From: Escherichia phage vB_EcoM-pEK20
Direction: 5' to 3' (one strand)
Length of the DNA: 64,000 nt
Sequence record: MZ868638.1
Shown here: piece after piece, positions 62,709 through 64,000 of the stretch
Layout: every line of letters begins with the position of its first letter
How positions within the stretch are numbered: the first letter of the stretch is position 1
Notes under the pieces: model-generated
Database searches by the model: none
What the model was told of the DNA's origin: nothing
What the model saw: the letters and a program-made list of their open reading frames with translations, nothing else
Program-made: the position numbers and the translations under genes

Positions 62709-62997
62709 AATTTATGGCATCCCTGAAGAAGTAGGACGTTGTCCGGGATGTTATACTGTTACAAAACTTTTAAAGGAGCTCAATGCTCCTTATACGTTTT
62801 ATAAAGTCCTCACTAATAATGGTAAGATTGAATATGACCGTCCTTTAATCGTATCTCTTGCTAAACGTGCAGGATTCACTTCACTTAATATTCGTTATCC
62901 TGTCATATTTTTAAATGATAAGAAACAAAAGAATATTGCAGAGTTTAAAAAGTCCTTGATTTCATTAGGATATGACTCCGATATCATAGAAGATTGA
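62698..62997 (+). CDS. glutaredoxin/thioredoxin-fold protein; start codon unresolved (no in-frame ATG near the domain start)
   Basis: KIEIYGIPEEVGRCPGCY...YPVIFLNDK has a Grx/Trx-like layout (beta strand, CPGC, cis-Pro-like region); frame offset from the 62391 gene. Confidence 0.4.
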   Translation, partial: NKIEIYGIPEEVGRCPGCYTVTKLLKELNAPYTFYKVLTNNGKIEYDRPLIVSLAKRAGFTSLNIRYPVIFLNDKKQKNIAEFKKSLISLGYDSDIIED

Positions 62998-63106
62998 CCA
63001 GGTGCCGCCTGGTCTTCTTTATCTCATTTCTAATATAATCCATTGGAATCTTCACTTCACTATCTCCTTGTGCCCCTCTCAAATCAAAAAATATTTTCAT
63101 AAAACA

Positions 63107-63135
63107 GTTTACATCCTCAATAGATGTGTTAAGAT
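63107..63135 (+). promoter_or_regulatory. early promoter GTTTAC-N17-TAAGAT
   Basis: Spacer CCTCAATAGATG pairs imperfectly with CATCTACTATAGAGG at the Shine-Dalgarno. Confidence 0.5.
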
Positions 63136-63163
63136 TAAACCATCTACTATAGAGGAAAATAAA

Positions 63164-63346
63164 ATGACAATTGAAGATAAAGAAATTAAGGTCGACCAGT
63201 ACTATTCTGTCAACGGTAGTGCAGTACAGATAACCAGAGTTTCAAGCCTGGATGTTTGGTACCGTTCGATCAAATATCCAGAAATTGGTGAAATGCTTTG
63301 TGACCGTGGTATCTTCTGTTCAATTGCGAAGGAAATTAAGCCATGA
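63164..63346 (+). CDS. hypothetical small protein (60 aa)
   Basis: ATG after AGAGGAAAA. Confidence 0.5.
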   Translation: MTIEDKEIKVDQYYSVNGSAVQITRVSSLDVWYRSIKYPEIGEMLCDRGIFCSIAKEIKP

Positions 63347-63591
63347 TTAGTTTAGATTCAAAGAAAGTTGTTCTAACCCTTAAAGTTAATGATGAGCGTC
63401 TAGTATTCGTTACCATTTCAGATTTGCATGTTGAAATTGCTAATGGCGTCCGTACTTATCAAACGTCTAAAACACAATGGGACTATATCCCAATGTTGAC
63501 GCTTACTCAGCGTTTAGAATCAATCGGTCTTAAAGACCTTTCAGTAAGTGAAGTGAATTTTATCAAACGCGTTGTATCAATCAACCTCTGA
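63343..63591 (+). CDS. hypothetical small protein (82 aa)
   Basis: ATGA overlap with the upstream gene. Confidence 0.55.
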   Translation: MISLDSKKVVLTLKVNDERLVFVTISDLHVEIANGVRTYQTSKTQWDYIPMLTLTQRLESIGLKDLSVSEVNFIKRVVSINL

Positions 63592-63598
63592 GGTACTT

Positions 63599-63892
63599 AT
63601 GGGTAAAACGTATCGTCGTAAAGATTTGAAAGTTCGTGATTACGACTATTTTGGTAAACGTAAAGCTCCTGACGGTGTTAGCCACAAAGACATGGTTGAA
63701 AACATTTTCCGCTCAGATAAATGGAAACGTATGAAAGGCGTTGATTCTGAAGTCAAGAACGAAATGAATCGACAACTCCGCAAAGAAGTTCGTAAGTTGA
63801 AAAAAGATGTTTACAGTAAAGAAGATTATGATTATAATACTTCTCATACTGAAGCCAAACGTAAAGCTAATGAATGTTATCGTTACAGTTGA
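63599..63892 (+). CDS. hypothetical basic protein (97 aa)
   Basis: ATG at 63599 after GAGGTA; Lys/Arg-rich. Confidence 0.55.
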   Translation: MGKTYRRKDLKVRDYDYFGKRKAPDGVSHKDMVENIFRSDKWKRMKGVDSEVKNEMNRQLRKEVRKLKKDVYSKEDYDYNTSHTEAKRKANECYRYS

Positions 63893-63899
63893 GGAAATT

Positions 63900-64000
63900 A
63901 TGAATATCAAACGAATGCTTTTTAAGCAGGGATTATATACTTTAAATGTTAATCCAAAGGGTGATACAACTAAATGGTCTGTAAATGACTGGATTAAGTT
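63900..64000 (+). CDS. hypothetical protein, N-terminal part (continues past window end)
   Basis: ATG at 63900 after GAGGAAAT; MNIKRMLFKQGLYTLNVNPKGD... Confidence 0.45.
   Translation, partial: MNIKRMLFKQGLYTLNVNPKGDTTKWSVNDWIK

Overview
This window is a segment of a T4-like (Tevenvirinae) myovirus genome, AT-rich and densely packed, identified by reading the translations against remembered T4 protein sequences (no database search was run). Positions 1-26416 are the minus-strand late morphogenesis block in T4 order: gene 22 (partial), 21, 68, 67, 20, 19, 18, 17, 16, 15, 14, 13, wac, 12, 11, 10, 9, 8, 7, 6, 5.4, 5.1, 5, 53, with TATAAATA late promoters and UUCG-tetraloop hairpins between genes. 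From 26478 to the end everything is plus-strand: genes 4, 2, 3, 1, 57A, 57B (Acb1-like anti-CBASS phosphodiesterase) and ipI, then a long early/accessory region with about 19 GTTTAC-N17/18-TATAAT-type early promoters, two tRNA genes, nudE, lysozyme e, denV, regB, tk, rI, nrdC, endonuclease VII (49), intronless nrdD, and nrdG. Most of the remaining plus-strand ORFs are small and of unknown function. No single candidate stands out as a clearly novel system; the most promising leads are an expanded family of capsid-targeted internal-protein genes (including a 208-aa member behind its own late promoter), uncharacterised genes beside the Acb1/ipI anti-defence pair, a nucleotidyltransferase / exported peptide / AAA+ ATPase cluster, and a macro-domain protein. 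Other observations include palindromes built into early promoters, a duplicated promoter plus truncated denV copy, a probable frameshift in a membrane-protein paralog, and a thioredoxin-fold ORF with no canonical start codon.
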